54,467 nt of DNA, from the NCBI GenBank assembly GCA_013115145.1, contig JAAPAO010000196.1, positions 1-54,467 on the forward strand, in the 5' to 3' direction. A model generated the notes under the pieces. It made no database searches and was not told the DNA's origin. It was given only the letters and a program-made list of their open reading frames with translations. A program made the translations under genes and the position numbers. Numbering within the stretch: position 1 is the stretch's first letter; every line of letters begins with the position of its first letter. This DNA comes from Perkinsus chesapeaki ATCC PRA-425 (lineage: Eukaryota; Protista; Perkinsozoa). Of this stretch, positions 34,701-46,563 are shown in pieces.

Positions 34701-37700
34701 ACGTGCAGCAGATTGATGCCAAGACGGGGGCAGTTTGTAAGCGTTGTAGCGATGAGACATTTGTAAGTTGAAAGTCGTCCCAAATAATCTGTAATTTCTT
34801 GTATGTAGATTCCTCCCTCTGCTGTGGACGCCACTGAATGTCTGCCGTGCGGTGTACCGGAGGTTGTGGGCGAGGATGAGCTTTGGGTGCCTAATGAGGA
34901 ATGGGCTAGCCTTAAGTGCCCTGAAGGTGAGCTACTACAGGGTGATGCGAAAAAAAGGGCCCATGCCTCATATTTTTTTGGCGCGTGGGAGTTGCGAGTG
35001 AAGTAAGGTACCAACTTGAAGCTTTTGTAATGCCTCATCAACCGAGGTGATATTCGAACTAGACTCTGAGTAATGGTTGAACAAAAAATCGCTAGATAGA
35101 GAAATGTGCTGGTAAAACTGAATAGGAAGTGTTTGGTAAGGTACTTCGTCGATATGGAAATCAAGCAAACCCGACGACTGCAAGCAAATCGGCGTGGTGA
35201 TCGCCGTTGTGAACCTGTAAGCTTACAGCATCTGGCGTTCCCCAGTCTTCTGCCAGGTATGCTAACCAGACCGTTACGTATCCCTCTACAGGGGAGGAAG
35301 TGCGACTGTGGGATCCTGAAAGGGAGCTTAAATGGATAGATGACGCCTCGAACGAGTATCAAGCTAAAACGACATACCGGTGAGAACGTTTTCCGCCTGT
35401 GGTGCACGAGGGACATCTCCGACTTCAACTTTTTCCCTTCCGAAAATTAGGATTCAGTACTTACGTTGCCCTGCAAGTTTGGTCACTTTGCGTCGTTATA
35501 GTTCGTCGAAAAAGGTACTAGCGAGTCGTTCATTACAAATAGTGTAGTCGTGAAAGTCGATCTTCTTGAGGCTTCTAGTTTCAATACTCGACAATGCAAC
35601 GTGAGTTTCGGCTGCAGCAGAAGCCTCAGATACGGTCAACCGATCAGCGATGATGATGATACCCTGGTCGAGTTCATCGGCTTCGATGAGCGCAAAGATA
35701 CTGACAGGAATATCTTTCATTTCACCAACCTCCGACTACGTGCCTTCGAAATTGTAACAAGGCGTCTTGTGGGGATGATGCCAATTATTCAGGCGCACGT
35801 CTACTTGGAGTTTTCCAAGATAGTATCTGGCACGAGACTCAGCACACGACGGAGCAGCGGTCATTATGATATCGTTATTACCTCTAATAAACTAGGACCT
35901 TTACAGCAGAAGACAGGCTATGACCTCCCCTATCATTTGGAGGAAAGTGACGGAGTAGACCGCCTGGGTCTACTGCTCTCGCTCGCTCTCTCGCGCCGTC
36001 GTTGTTGTTATCACACTTGCGCGTCTAGTATTATTTACGGAGTGACTCTGATGTGGAGGTCGCATATTGGTAGACAACTAAGGGACAAGGCAATGCGGGA
36101 ATTTCAATAATAAAATATGATAGTCTGAATTGATAAAATGATCAGATCTGAACTTCCTGATCATTTCTTTTATATTCAACTGTACTTGCTTGAAGAGTGG
36201 CTATATCCTTGATTATTCTGGTATCTACACTCGCTTGTTCCGTCAAGCTTGTGTCAGCTGTCTCGTTTGTATCGGCATATATGCTGTCGAAGGCCAGGAG
36301 AATCATTGCCTTGCCGTTCTGATCTGCTGAACTTTCCCTGCCGAGAGGATAGTGAGGGACTCTGTTATTTCAGGAGCTGTTCTACGACTTCGAGCTCAAG
36401 CTACTGGCCCTGGAGGAGGACGTCGTGTTCAATATATCTCTCAACTTGTTGCATGGAAGCCACTTGAAAAACCTACACTTCTTCAATGAGACAGTTACCA
36501 TGAAGATAATGCGGCCCAACAGAGCAGATTGGGGTAGGACAGTTACCTGCCTGCAAGGTCTGAAAACTCGACCGGCTTCACGATACGCATAAGCGTGATA
36601 CTTCCGCCTCTGATCAGACTTCTGAGATACCGCATCCAAGTGATATTCAATCCCGACCGCAAATGTCGTTTATTCTTACGTGGAACAGCACGTGGTTCCG
36701 CTGAGATGGTCCCCGCTTTCGGCACTGTGTACTCCATATGGCGATTCGGAGAGGGCATTATTGAGCCCAACTGAGGATGACTGTCGCACATTTACACACC
36801 GAGCTTTCAGAAACAGAAAACATTTCAACACGCCTGGTCACAACTCTCGTTTCCTCAGGCCAGCCGAAAACATTCCTGGCGATCTTGAACAGGGAATTGC
36901 TTAGTGGTAAAGGATTTGAGCTGCCGTAAGTGCAAACGAACTCTCAATTAGTCCTTGTTGAATGCCTGCTGGTTTGGTCTTTAATTGCAATTATATGTCA
37001 CCTTACGTTGTGCGTAATAATGTAACAAAACTGGATTATACCGAGGACTTGTCTGTCGTAATGACAGTGCAAGATTGCACCATGATCTGGTCTCTGGTGT
37101 AGGTATAACATGCCTCCAGGATTGGCCGACACTCCCGGGGATCCAAGCATGGTTGTGGATATGGCCAACGAGAAAGATATCACCGAGGATCGAACCAAAG
37201 CCAGCACACAGATGCCTGGAGGTCAGCAGCTTTAGCCATTCCCGCCATCGGAGATGGAGGAACACTCAATAACACAGGAACCAATTTGATGCTCCATTAT
37301 TTCACTAATAACTCACTTTCTATAGCATATCCGTACTACCAACGCACTTTGAGCAGCCTTGGGAAAGGCCCTTGCATGCCTTCACGCCTTCAGCTCATCG
37401 GCTTCGGTGTCGGTCCCGGAGCTGGCCATGATGCTACAAGGCTAAGTTTGATCACTTCAACGTTTTTAACTACTGGCGTATAGTTCCGCGATTGTCCCTT
37501 CTATCCTGTACAAGGCTAGCGCGTAGAGAACTAGTTTTCCTCTTTCGTCTCTCAGTCGAGTAGCCACTTCTGGTGTTAAGGTTGACTAATAGTAACCATC
37601 GCCTTCAAAGCTCGAACCTGGCAGGTACATTCTGGAACGTTATGCAAGTCGAGACCGTGGCACTTCCGTGGTTGCCGTTTTTCTCCAGCTGCGACTACTT

Positions 37701-40700
37701 CGACAGTCATATTGTTATTTGGGACCTGCTTGAAAATCCCGACAAACCCGCTGAAGCTGGAAGCTGCAAGATACCTAACAAGGAGGATGTTAAACCGGTG
37801 AGTCACAGCTAACGAATCCGCGAGTCGGACCTTCCCGCGTAAGCAGCTTCGCTGACCGAATAACGTTTTCCATTGGCCTGGTCTTTCCTATTTCCATGAA
37901 GGTTTATGAAACTTTTTCGGACATACAATAAACTTGCCCAAAGTGTAATTAGCTATTTTATAACCTTGAGTGATTGGGAGTTGCTCTGAACTCTTCATCA
38001 TTCTTACATCCAGCTTCAACCTCACTGACTCACTCCTGTTTTCCAGGTCCCTCCGTTGTTTATAGACCTATCTACCTTGGAGGTCACAATGGAGGCCAAC
38101 TCGGACGAATGCAGCCTAACCATCACATGCCGCTATGAGGACCCCATGACCAATCATCTCAATACACCGTGGATGTCTGTACGTTATCGCGATGCACGGT
38201 CAAACTGCTCAAGAGTATTTCGAACAGATCGACGAGGAGACCAAACTCTTCTACTTGACGCGGGACCCGAGGACGTACGAAGATTACGCTCGAGGAGCGG
38301 ATTTATTCGACTCGCTCGTTGGCACTGACAACTTGGTCGGAGTCGGCTTCGAATCCGGCGAACGCGAAGGTGACTGAAGCTGAGTTACGGGCTGTGATTG
38401 ATTTGACTTAGGCGATTACCCCCGCAGTGTCAGCTTCAGTATCGCCTATATGCAAGAGGGTACCGACTATAAGAAGATCGTTGAGGCCGGTAAGTGGCAT
38501 CCGAGGACCCCCATGTCCACACAGGGTTTTAGGAATGGCGGTTGATGATTTTGATGACGATTTCCGCCGGCTCGACTACAACCTGACAATCGAATACAAA
38601 CCAATGGTCTGGTCTGAGCTCATGAACGCCTTCCAGCTCCCTCTGTCGGTGTAGGTCTGTCTTGTGTCACTTCTGTCCCCTATTTTGCATACAGTTACTG
38701 CGTTCTTTTCGCTCTCATCGGTGCAGCTGCAGTGGTGGTCACTTGGCTATCTTGGGTAGTTATGCGCATCGGCGTCAAGCGGGTTCAGGTAGTGCTTTCT
38801 CTATACTGTGGAATTTTTCGCAATCGCATCCATCTATACATCTTTCCTTCAGTCCCCGCGCTTCCAGTTAGCCGAGTGCTTCGAGTTCATGCTGCTTTGG
38901 CCCATACAAGGGGTTTGTATTGCGTCCTTGCTTGTCGTGGTAAGGTCGTCTAACCTCTGAGGAGATGACTTCGAGCTCTCTCCTCCCAGGTGCTCTCAAT
39001 TATCATAAAGCTTTCCTTCACGGACTTCGCAGATCCATTCCAGGTAGGCTTCCTTTCACCAACTCCTCGGCAGCACGGCGTTGTGGTAGGATATCGGTTG
39101 CTCCTGGCCACAAGCAGTTGGGACGAGTGGTGCCGCTGAAGAGATGGACACGGAGACCTGCAAGCAAGCTCGAATGGGTAACTCGATGATCTCGAGTCAT
39201 CACTCGTAGGCTTTGGTAGGCGAATGCTTTCTCTTGGCTGGGCTTATGATGCTCTGGTCGGGATCGAAGCTGATGGTACCGCGGCTCCGGGATGTAGAAG
39301 TTAAGTTTTTAATGCAGCGCAAGACTGAAGATTTGCATCAGGAAGTGAGCAAGCGCAACCTCTACTGTGTTTGGCGTATCCGGCACTGAGCGCATTGAAC
39401 TCGCCCACACAAATGAGCTGTTTTCTCTCTAGCACCCTTTTGCTAGTACCTTTAAGTGATCTATCAAGCACTTACATGGCCCTTAAGGAACTCTTCAATG
39501 GGGGCGTGCATTCTCATGTGAAGGGCGTGTCTCTCTATGGCGCTCTGACTCCTTGGCCCAATATTTCTCTTCGACTGGAGAGTAGATATATCTCGTGCTG
39601 CTAGTAAGGCATTGGTCTGATAATATTATTTCTGGTGCCCTTCCGGAGGCTTTCCCTGTAGGGCATTCCTATTCCAGCGTCCCGCTCGAAGGCATCCAAG
39701 ATCACAGGCTTACCAGTGAAGTGGAAACGATTTCACCTTCTTTGGTGTTCAGTTTTGCTGGTCTTGGCGTTGATGGTGATGATGGAGTTCTCGTAAGTCC
39801 CACTCCTGTAAATGATGGTAGCAGGCCTCTGAGAAATCTCTAGGGTGCGGTATTGGTATCTTAGGTCGCAGCGAGGCCAACTTCTTCAAAAGTTCCAATT
39901 GGTGCATTAATCGCATTTCGAATCGAACGTATCGTTAGAATCCTATCTCGCAATCTCTAATGGAGGGCGGGGCTGAAAGATAGCTCGGGTTGTTGCGGAA
40001 TAAATTAGGCTCTAGTTGTCAGTCTTTCGTTCGATGAGCAGAATCGTACGGCGCGATATAAAATAAGCGAATGGCGCTCGCCTCAAGCCTATGCCTCCTC
40101 AATGTCTTGCAGGTATTCTGATTTCTTCGGCACATATACCGTTAACTTCATCATCGGCTTCACCTTTATGATGATGGCAGCGGAGGCTGTCTTTGCTCGA
40201 GCTGTCCGCGAAACCCTCCTGCTCATCCCGCTGCTCGCGGCCTGCGAAGTGGTAGGTGTCATCTGCTTATTATACAGCATTGCTGTAACAGCAATGCTTC
40301 TTAGTAGGTCTTGTTCATCGCCACCATGGGAGCCGATAACTTCCAGGACTTCGCCGAATCTTTCTTCGTGGAGCTTCTTCTCAAGATTGCCGATCGCCTA
40401 GTGTTCGGCTCGGTGTTTCAGTGGATCGACTACTATGCAGCTGCCACTATCGAGTTCCTCAGTAAGCAATCAGCGGTTCATTGCTTATCACCCACGGAAA
40501 CAATCCGCATCTACTAGGGACGCGATCATTCCTGTGGACCGCGCTGCTCGCCATTGGCGGGCCTAGACGCGGAAAGGCTAACGCCACTAAAGATGGAGAT
40601 GACATCGGGCGGCAAGTACCGGGCCTGAAGTTTGCTAGCCGTGCGAAAAAACTTCCTGAGGGTGAGTCGAGATTGCCGTGACTGGGCCCTTTCTATTGGC

Positions 40701-43560
40701 TTCTATTAGCGTCAACTGCGGCACCCGCTGAGAAGACAGTTCCTGAAAAGCACGACCAAGGACATGGACATCCGAGTGCTATCGAGGAGGCAATCGAGGA
40801 GCATGTCAGGGGTGGCAGCACTGCGATGAGTAAGCCACGGAAAAGAGTACACAACACGCTCCTAAATACGAACATTGTCAGTAGTTTCTTAGACCATGAC
40901 AATATTGGGCGAGCGAGCTTTTTAAATGCGCCTTCGCCACAGCTTTAGTGCCAAATGTTCCCTTTGTTAGGCAGATGGGTTCCCAAAAAGCGGAGCTAGC
41001 TTTTAATTGTTGAGTCTTCACTTGTGGATTGTTCTTTAACTCCACAGGCATCGCTTAGAATAGTTGGTGGCATCGACAGTTTGGCCGAGTGGTCTAAGGC
41101 GCTGGCTTAAGGCGCCAGTCCGAAAGGGCGTGGGTTCGAACCCCACAGCTGTCATTTGCTTCTTGCGCTTCCTCGTTTATCGAGCATATCTGTGTCCCGT
41201 GGGTGCAAGACCCACGGTGGTGTGTCGGCGGTGTTTTATGCGTCCTACTGCCTTCAGGTACTATTCTGGCTCCCATGGTTATCGCCTTTATAATCGCATT
41301 CCCAACTGCCACTGAAGTTCCTCAACAGTACGACATCCGCAACGGAGATTTAATGTGAGCACGCTCGACTGGCATGCCCCCCGCCTATCACAAGGCCTTT
41401 CCTGCTTACTGCAGGAAACTCTGCTCGTGTGCGAGCTTTATGCCATAAAGCCTTGCAGTACAGATAACTACTATTTTGGTTCTGAACCTGAACAGTTCGG
41501 TTTGTGAAGACCTTCGGTCATTTTGGGAAGGTTGAGCTCGTTCACAGTTTGATGAAAAGCTGTCACTGAAATTGGCGTTACTGTAACGTGACCCTGCCTC
41601 ACTAGTTCGGCAAGGCTATTCTGTCTGATGATTCTTGTTGTTGCTGATGATGCACCGCCACTGTGTAGTTACTATATGTTGTTTGGTGTTGTCATCGTCC
41701 CCTTCCAAGTTGGTATGGACATATTGATGAATCACGCAACCGAGCTGGCACACGGAGTAAGTGGTTCAAACTTAACGAACGCAGCGATGCCTTACACAAG
41801 GTGAAAATCTACGACTTCATGCTCTACGCAAAATGGAGGTGGCGGAACAGGCTCACAAGGTGGCTGTTTGACGATCCTAGATACGATCAGAGCATCGGAG
41901 AGCAGGTCAGTTGAACACCGTTGGATCCTCTGGATAGATGTCGATTTGATTCACATAGGAAGTGCTTACCATCGCCTTAGACTCTGCATTGTGCTACTGT
42001 ATAAGGCGTTCATTGCTGCTGTCAGGTGCAAGGAGTGAACCACTTATGCTTCTCACCACAGTTCTATTTCATAATATCATATTATACATGGGGAATGATT
42101 ATGACACTGCTCGGCATTACCACATTATTGAGGAAACAGGCTAATCCTTTTGAGGTCAGCATTACAGGCTTCCATCCCTTGAAATATTCTCCACCTTAGG
42201 ATCCAGCCTTTGTATACTATGTGGCACAGCAGTACATTGCTAACAGGATATTAGACAGCACAATTCGCTGGATGACATTCCATGTAAGCATTCCGAGCGG
42301 ACAGCATGATCTTCCTGCTCTATTTTTTTGTGCCAGCTGCTATGGAAGCCTCGAGATAACGCTTCGACCAGAGCCTTTGCGGCAAGTATCAAACTTGGAT
42401 TGAAGCAGAAAGAAATACAGTCTCGGACGTCAGAGTTCCGGTAGCAGTCCGCAGACGTTCGGCTTACTATATGAGAGTATCAGAGAGAACTTCTTCAATC
42501 GCCATAAGGACTGGATCCTGTCCAACGTGGGGCTCATATTCACGCCGCGGCACAGTCGGCAAAGGTGAAACGTGTTGATAACTATTTGGAGCCTTAGCTC
42601 TGGTGTAGGTACCGAGCGCAACTCAGTGATGTTTACCAGAAGCTCCTCAGTTTGCAAAGTCCATTTGAGTAGGCGAATGCAGCGCTTACCGTACTATCGC
42701 TTGTGATGGCTCAGTTACCGAATGCCTGATGAGGCTACTATAGCTGGGCGGGTGCCGCAAGGACTACCAGGTATTTGCGGTCTATTCTTCACTTGCCCCA
42801 ATTCACTGACAGGTGATGAGACTGGAGATATATTGCCGGTTGATGATGGCGAAGAGAGCGATGATGGTTTGCTCGCCAACGCCTTGGTAGCCAGACCTGC
42901 GGGCTTCTGTTTTTTTCAAAATGGAAATGCCAATGACTGCCTCGATCTTTCCCGAGATTGGTGTTCTTCAGGCGGCGGCTGGCAAAAGAATGGAGGAAGA
43001 TTCTGAACAGCGAGCTCGGCGTGAAGAAGACGAAGCAGTCGACAAGGTCCGGCTGAAGTTACCTCAGGGCGTTAGCACCCTCGCTTGGGTCACGCTGGAG
43101 GGATGGTACGCCGTAGCTCGACAGAGGATGAAGGTGGCGTGCAATTGCTCTTCGCAGCATTCAACTCGGCATTTGCTCAGGGTGGCGTTAACTCCCAGCG
43201 GCTTGGTCTGCCATCACCAACGCGCTCTCAAGGGCGTCCTCAGGCCATGTCGGAACGTGTACTGGACGAAGACGAAGAGGTGACGTTATTCACTAATTGA
43301 CTAATGGACTGCATTCCTCCTCATAGATAGCTGAATTGAACTCCTTTCCGGATTGGTTAACTGCCAATATAACCCACCCATCGAGAGAAATGCTATTGCA
43401 CTGGGCTCGAGAGGCTCGGTAAGTTCACGTAGGGACTGATATCCTATTTTATACCATGCAGCTCACTTAATAGTTATCCACTGCAAGTACATCTTTTCGT
43501 ATCAGGGCTCGCTTGAAGACTCGAAGCCAGCAGCGACATGCTCGTTTGATGCCTCGTTAG
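22716..43560 (+). CDS. Giant multi-exon membrane protein: signal peptide, IPT/TIG repeats, GCC2/GCC3 (ephrin-receptor-like) Cys repeats, multi-pass C-terminal region
   Basis: First exon MLRPKPALILLSMLLSLGAAVHLR. IPT motifs (GGGQVTVSGRYF, CRFG, GGTLILILGSRF) at ~24300-29300. CPxGxYC repeats at ~29700-34500. TM exons at ~38640-42270. Last exons ..LLHWAREAR/ARLKTRSQQRHARLMPR* with TAG at 43558-43560. The link from the first exons to ~23470 is inferred. Confidence 0.78.
22960..23346 (-). ncRNA. Candidate structured non-coding RNA of unknown family (~390 nt)
   Basis: GC-rich island with a terminal stem (22972-22982 with 23330-23344), several nested hairpins and a 9-bp loop-to-distal pairing. G-U asymmetry mostly favours the - strand. 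Identity not established. Confidence 0.55.
23350..23398 (+). promoter_or_regulatory. tRNA-like T-arm / Pol III B-box element without a complete cloverleaf
   Basis: GGTTCGATTCC at 23378-23388 within a cagg/cctg stem. I found no D-arm, canonical anticodon loop or matching acceptor 5' strand nearby. Confidence 0.55.
24758..24829 (+). tRNA. trnP-AGG: tRNA-Pro(AGG), intronic
   Basis: Full cloverleaf: acceptor ggctgtg/cacagcc, anticodon arm ctcgc-TTAGGGT-gcgag, T-loop ttcaatt. It lies in intron 24699-24869. Confidence 0.97.
27012..27083 (+). tRNA. trnH-GTG: tRNA-His(GTG), intronic
   Basis: Acceptor gtcgcta/tagcgac, anticodon arm tcacg-TTGTGGC-cgtga, T-arm cccgg-ttcaaat-ccggg. It lies in intron 26980-27110. 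Confidence 0.97.
41075..41154 (+). tRNA. trnL-AAG: tRNA-Leu(AAG), between exons of the giant gene
   Basis: Acceptor gacagtt/agctgtc, anticodon arm ctggc-TTAAGGC-gccag, extended variable arm, T-arm gtggg-ttcgaac-cccac, A73. Confidence 0.97.
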
Positions 43561-43598
43561 CTCTCATTGAAACCATTACATGCTATAATAACAGACAT

Positions 43599-43821
43599 CG
43601 GTTGTACTTTAATAATTTACCTTGAGTTAGTCAAGACGTACGGTTGTACTTTAATAATTTACCTTGAGTTAGTCAAGACGTACGGTTGTACTTTAATAAT
43701 TTACCTTGAGTTANNNNNNNNNNNNNNNNNNNNNNNNNNNNNNNNNNNNNNNNNNNNNNNNNNNNNNNNNNNNNNNNNNNNNNNNNNNNNNNNNNNNNNN
43801 NNNNNNNNNNTTAGTCGAGAC
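43599..43821 (+). repeat. 42-bp tandem repeat array (at least 3 copies) running into an assembly gap
   Basis: Unit cggttgtactttaataatttaccttgagttagtcaagacgta starts at 43599, 43641 and 43683. A partial unit ttagtcgagac follows the Ns. Confidence 0.95.
43714..43810. other. Assembly gap (97 N)
   Basis: N run flanked on both sides by the 42-bp repeat. Confidence 1.
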
Positions 43822-44140
43822 CTAATGGCAGTTAATAACGATGGATGGCCAGATAGACACTGTGCACGATGTCACAAGGTTGGAATGTTCTAAGCGTGTG
43901 TTCGCCTGAACACGTTGGCGACGAGCTTTCTGTCCGTTTTGGTATTTCTCACCGTTAAAGAGCGTTTCACTGCTTGAGGACTCGGAGGCGGGTTGATTTC
44001 AAGGCTCAACTGAGAAGGGCGACATATACAGCCCGACGCAATGAAATAGAATATTTCGTATTTTTTCGATTTCTCACTCAATATTGAGTATTATCGAGCG
44101 AAATTAAAAACATGAGTACTACAACGAATTCCAATGGAAC

Positions 44141-44182
44141 AAATTATTAAAGTACAACCGTACGTCTTGACTAACTCAAGGT
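44141..44182 (-). repeat. Inverted copy of the 42-bp unit
   Basis: aaattattaaagtacaaccgtacgtcttgactaactcaaggt is the exact reverse complement of one permuted 42-nt unit. Confidence 0.95.
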
Positions 44183-44277
44183 CATCCGTTGCCCTTCTCA
44201 GTTCTGCTGATTGCAACGCTGCTGCGATGATGATCAAACATACTGTTTGCAGCTAGGTACGTTTGAATTTGCTATAA

Positions 44278-46563
44278 ATGAGTGCAGTTCCCACCGTCGA
44301 AGATCTCTTAGTAGATCCGGAATCTATGAGAATAAAGTCCGGCGAGCGGTATGTCCAGTTGGTCGGAGTTCTCGGTCAAACCCCCGGCCCCCTGACGCCC
44401 CTGCCCATCATCACTGCGGTACTCGACGTCGACCTCGTCGATGCTGAAGCATGCGTTCCGCCCACCCCCGAGGAGAAAGCAGCCGTCTCAGGCACGGTTC
44501 TGTGCACGAGTTGCATACTCCGCCCCAGAGAGAGCTCGAGCTCAGCGGTATGGGTTTTGCATCTCGAACGGTCTGATGTGCCGATCGCCTTCAAAGGAAC
44601 TAGCAACATCATTAATCGCCATTGCCTCTGCCCTGGTGCACCGGTGGAGGTTGTCGGGTCTCTCAAACGGGGCTCAGCTCCGATTGGAGGCCGCCGCCAG
44701 GAGATTCAGTTGGCTGAGTCCGAGGTGGTGATTCACCGGCTTGGGGAAGGTCACAAAGGTACAACGATTAAGATCGGCTTCGTGCTATCTGGTGGTGCCG
44801 TCCTGGGCGTTCACAATGACACTGAGCTTGTTCTAGTCTGCCTCCATCAATGGTGCCGCTGCCAGAGCGAAGTCTTATGTCCAAGGATGGTTATTGAATG
44901 TTTCGGGTTTACTGAGGTCTCCAGCGTTGCTAAGCCCATATCGAAGATACTTGTCGCCAACATTCATTCGGCGGTCATCGTCAAATGTGCCAGCGACGTT
45001 TCTCCGAGGCAAAATAAGTTGGAGCCGCTTTACAAAGCGGTCAAGGGTCTGCCGTCCGCCGTTTATGAGGGCTGTCCACTCCACACAGTAAGGGATTTGT
45101 GCCGCCACCTGGATCCACGCCTCCAGTCCGAAGCCGAACGCTGCAAGCCGTGCTCCAACCCTACGGCGGTCTTGGGTTACGCAGGCATACTGAAGCAGCC
45201 TGTAGGCTGTCCCAAAGTGTGTGATGATGCTTTCGTAACGTTCAATGATCTACCATTGTGTTGGTACCGTCAGATCTTCGAATGTGCCAGAACGGTGTTC
45301 CCTGCTCAACCTCTGAGTGTCGTCCGTGCGCCTCCATTTGATGCATTGGGAGTCTACAACCTTGCCAGTGACCTGCCTTGTCACGATGCTCTTGGTGTTC
45401 ACGTTGGCGGTCCCGTGGTTGTTTCTGGTCGTGACGCAGCCGATGCTATTACTGAAGAGAGAGGAGTGGTCGTGCGCTGCGCAAAAGGTGTCTGTTATTT
45501 CCAGTCTCCTGATGGGAGTCTGGGGCATATCAAAGGGGATCCTCGCCCAGCGTTGTCTGTCATAGGGAAGCTGTCTGATCGTGAAGAGAAGCTTGCACTG
45601 TGCCATGCGGCGTCACTGCATCCTCTGCTTCACTCTGTTGAGGAAGTTTCCCGCATGCCTCCATCTTCCCCTTTCACGCTGAAAGCTGCCATAGTGTGTG
45701 AGGTTATCCATAGAAAGCTATCAAGGTCCCCTGATGTGTTGCTCGCCGATGTCAACGCAGAGGGTTGGGATTTGACGATTCAGGACGTAGCACCGACTGG
45801 GAGGCTGCTTAGAGTCTGGGTCTCGAAGACCCAGCTCCGACGGGATATTCCTGTGCCCTCACTCGTTGACATATCAGATGCCATCACGCTCGACAGCGAC
45901 TACCTACCAGAGCGTCACAGTTCGGCGGCGTTCCGTCCGGTCTTTGCTGTGGTGCTGCCAACAGGTTTTTTGGACTTACGCTGGCCTCGACTACCTCTGA
46001 ATATGTTCCCGCATGCATCACCGACAAGCTTCTGGATGGCCGGAAGGGTATCGTGGTTGCGGGAGATCAGTGCTCATGCTGTTTGCAAGAACTGTGGTGA
46101 CAAAATATATCTCCTTTCCGCTTGCACTTGTGGGAAGACTCGTTTACTTTCGCCAGCGGATGCTGCTTTGGACGGCCTCGATGTTGTGCTGACTGCTAAG
46201 GGTCAAATAACTAGTCGCACGAGCTTTCACGTTGAGGCGTCGTTTGTAGACCAGGCGGCACTCAGTGTCTCCACCGACTGCAGCTTAACAACGTCGCAGC
46301 TCGATGGCGTCAAGCGGTACATAATCGCCGATGGTGGCGGAACTACTATTCTTGCTACGAAGGAGACACAAGAGTCGAAATGGGTCTCTCACTACCTGGG
46401 CATCAAGTACCCACAGCTTGTCACGGGGACGTACTGCTTTCGTGGAGAGCATCGTGAAGAGGGGCTCTACATCCACCACGCTAGACGTCTAGGAGGGTCT
46501 CGCGATGACGTCTATGCTAAGCTGAACAAGAAGGTTTTCTGCAACTTGGAGATGATTGATTGA
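44278..46563 (+). CDS. Intronless 761-aa protein, probable multi-OB-fold with C-terminal Zn ribbon (CTC1/RPA1/POT1-like, tentative)
   Basis: 2.3-kb open frame. Repeated beta-rich motifs LCPGAPVEVVGSL and LCPRMVIECFGF, plus CKNC-x9-CTC near the C-terminus. The family call is pattern-based only. Confidence 0.65.
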   Translation: MSAVPTVEDLLVDPESMRIKSGERYVQLVGVLGQTPGPLTPLPIITAVLDVDLVDAEACVPPTPEEKAAVSGTVLCTSCILRPRESSSSAVWVLHLERSDVPIAFKGTSNIINRHCLCPGAPVEVVGSLKRGSAPIGGRRQEIQLAESEVVIHRLGEGHKGTTIKIGFVLSGGAVLGVHNDTELVLVCLHQWCRCQSEVLCPRMVIECFGFTEVSSVAKPISKILVANIHSAVIVKCASDVSPRQNKLEPLYKAVKGLPSAVYEGCPLHTVRDLCRHLDPRLQSEAERCKPCSNPTAVLGYAGILKQPVGCPKVCDDAFVTFNDLPLCWYRQIFECARTVFPAQPLSVVRAPPFDALGVYNLASDLPCHDALGVHVGGPVVVSGRDAADAITEERGVVVRCAKGVCYFQSPDGSLGHIKGDPRPALSVIGKLSDREEKLALCHAASLHPLLHSVEEVSRMPPSSPFTLKAAIVCEVIHRKLSRSPDVLLADVNAEGWDLTIQDVAPTGRLLRVWVSKTQLRRDIPVPSLVDISDAITLDSDYLPERHSSAAFRPVFAVVLPTGFLDLRWPRLPLNMFPHASPTSFWMAGRVSWLREISAHAVCKNCGDKIYLLSACTCGKTRLLSPADAALDGLDVVLTAKGQITSRTSFHVEASFVDQAALSVSTDCSLTTSQLDGVKRYIIADGGGTTILATKETQESKWVSHYLGIKYPQLVTGTYCFRGEHREEGLYIHHARRLGGSRDDVYAKLNKKVFCNLEMID

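Noticed and set aside
34442-35428. 328-aa - strand ORF
   Set aside because: It is antisense to well-supported exons of the giant gene and has no domain signal.
43859-43900. CARCHKVG as a relic gag zinc knuckle in the foldback spacer
   Set aside because: The His is missing, an in-frame stop follows, the spacing is wrong and no other retroelement sequence is present.
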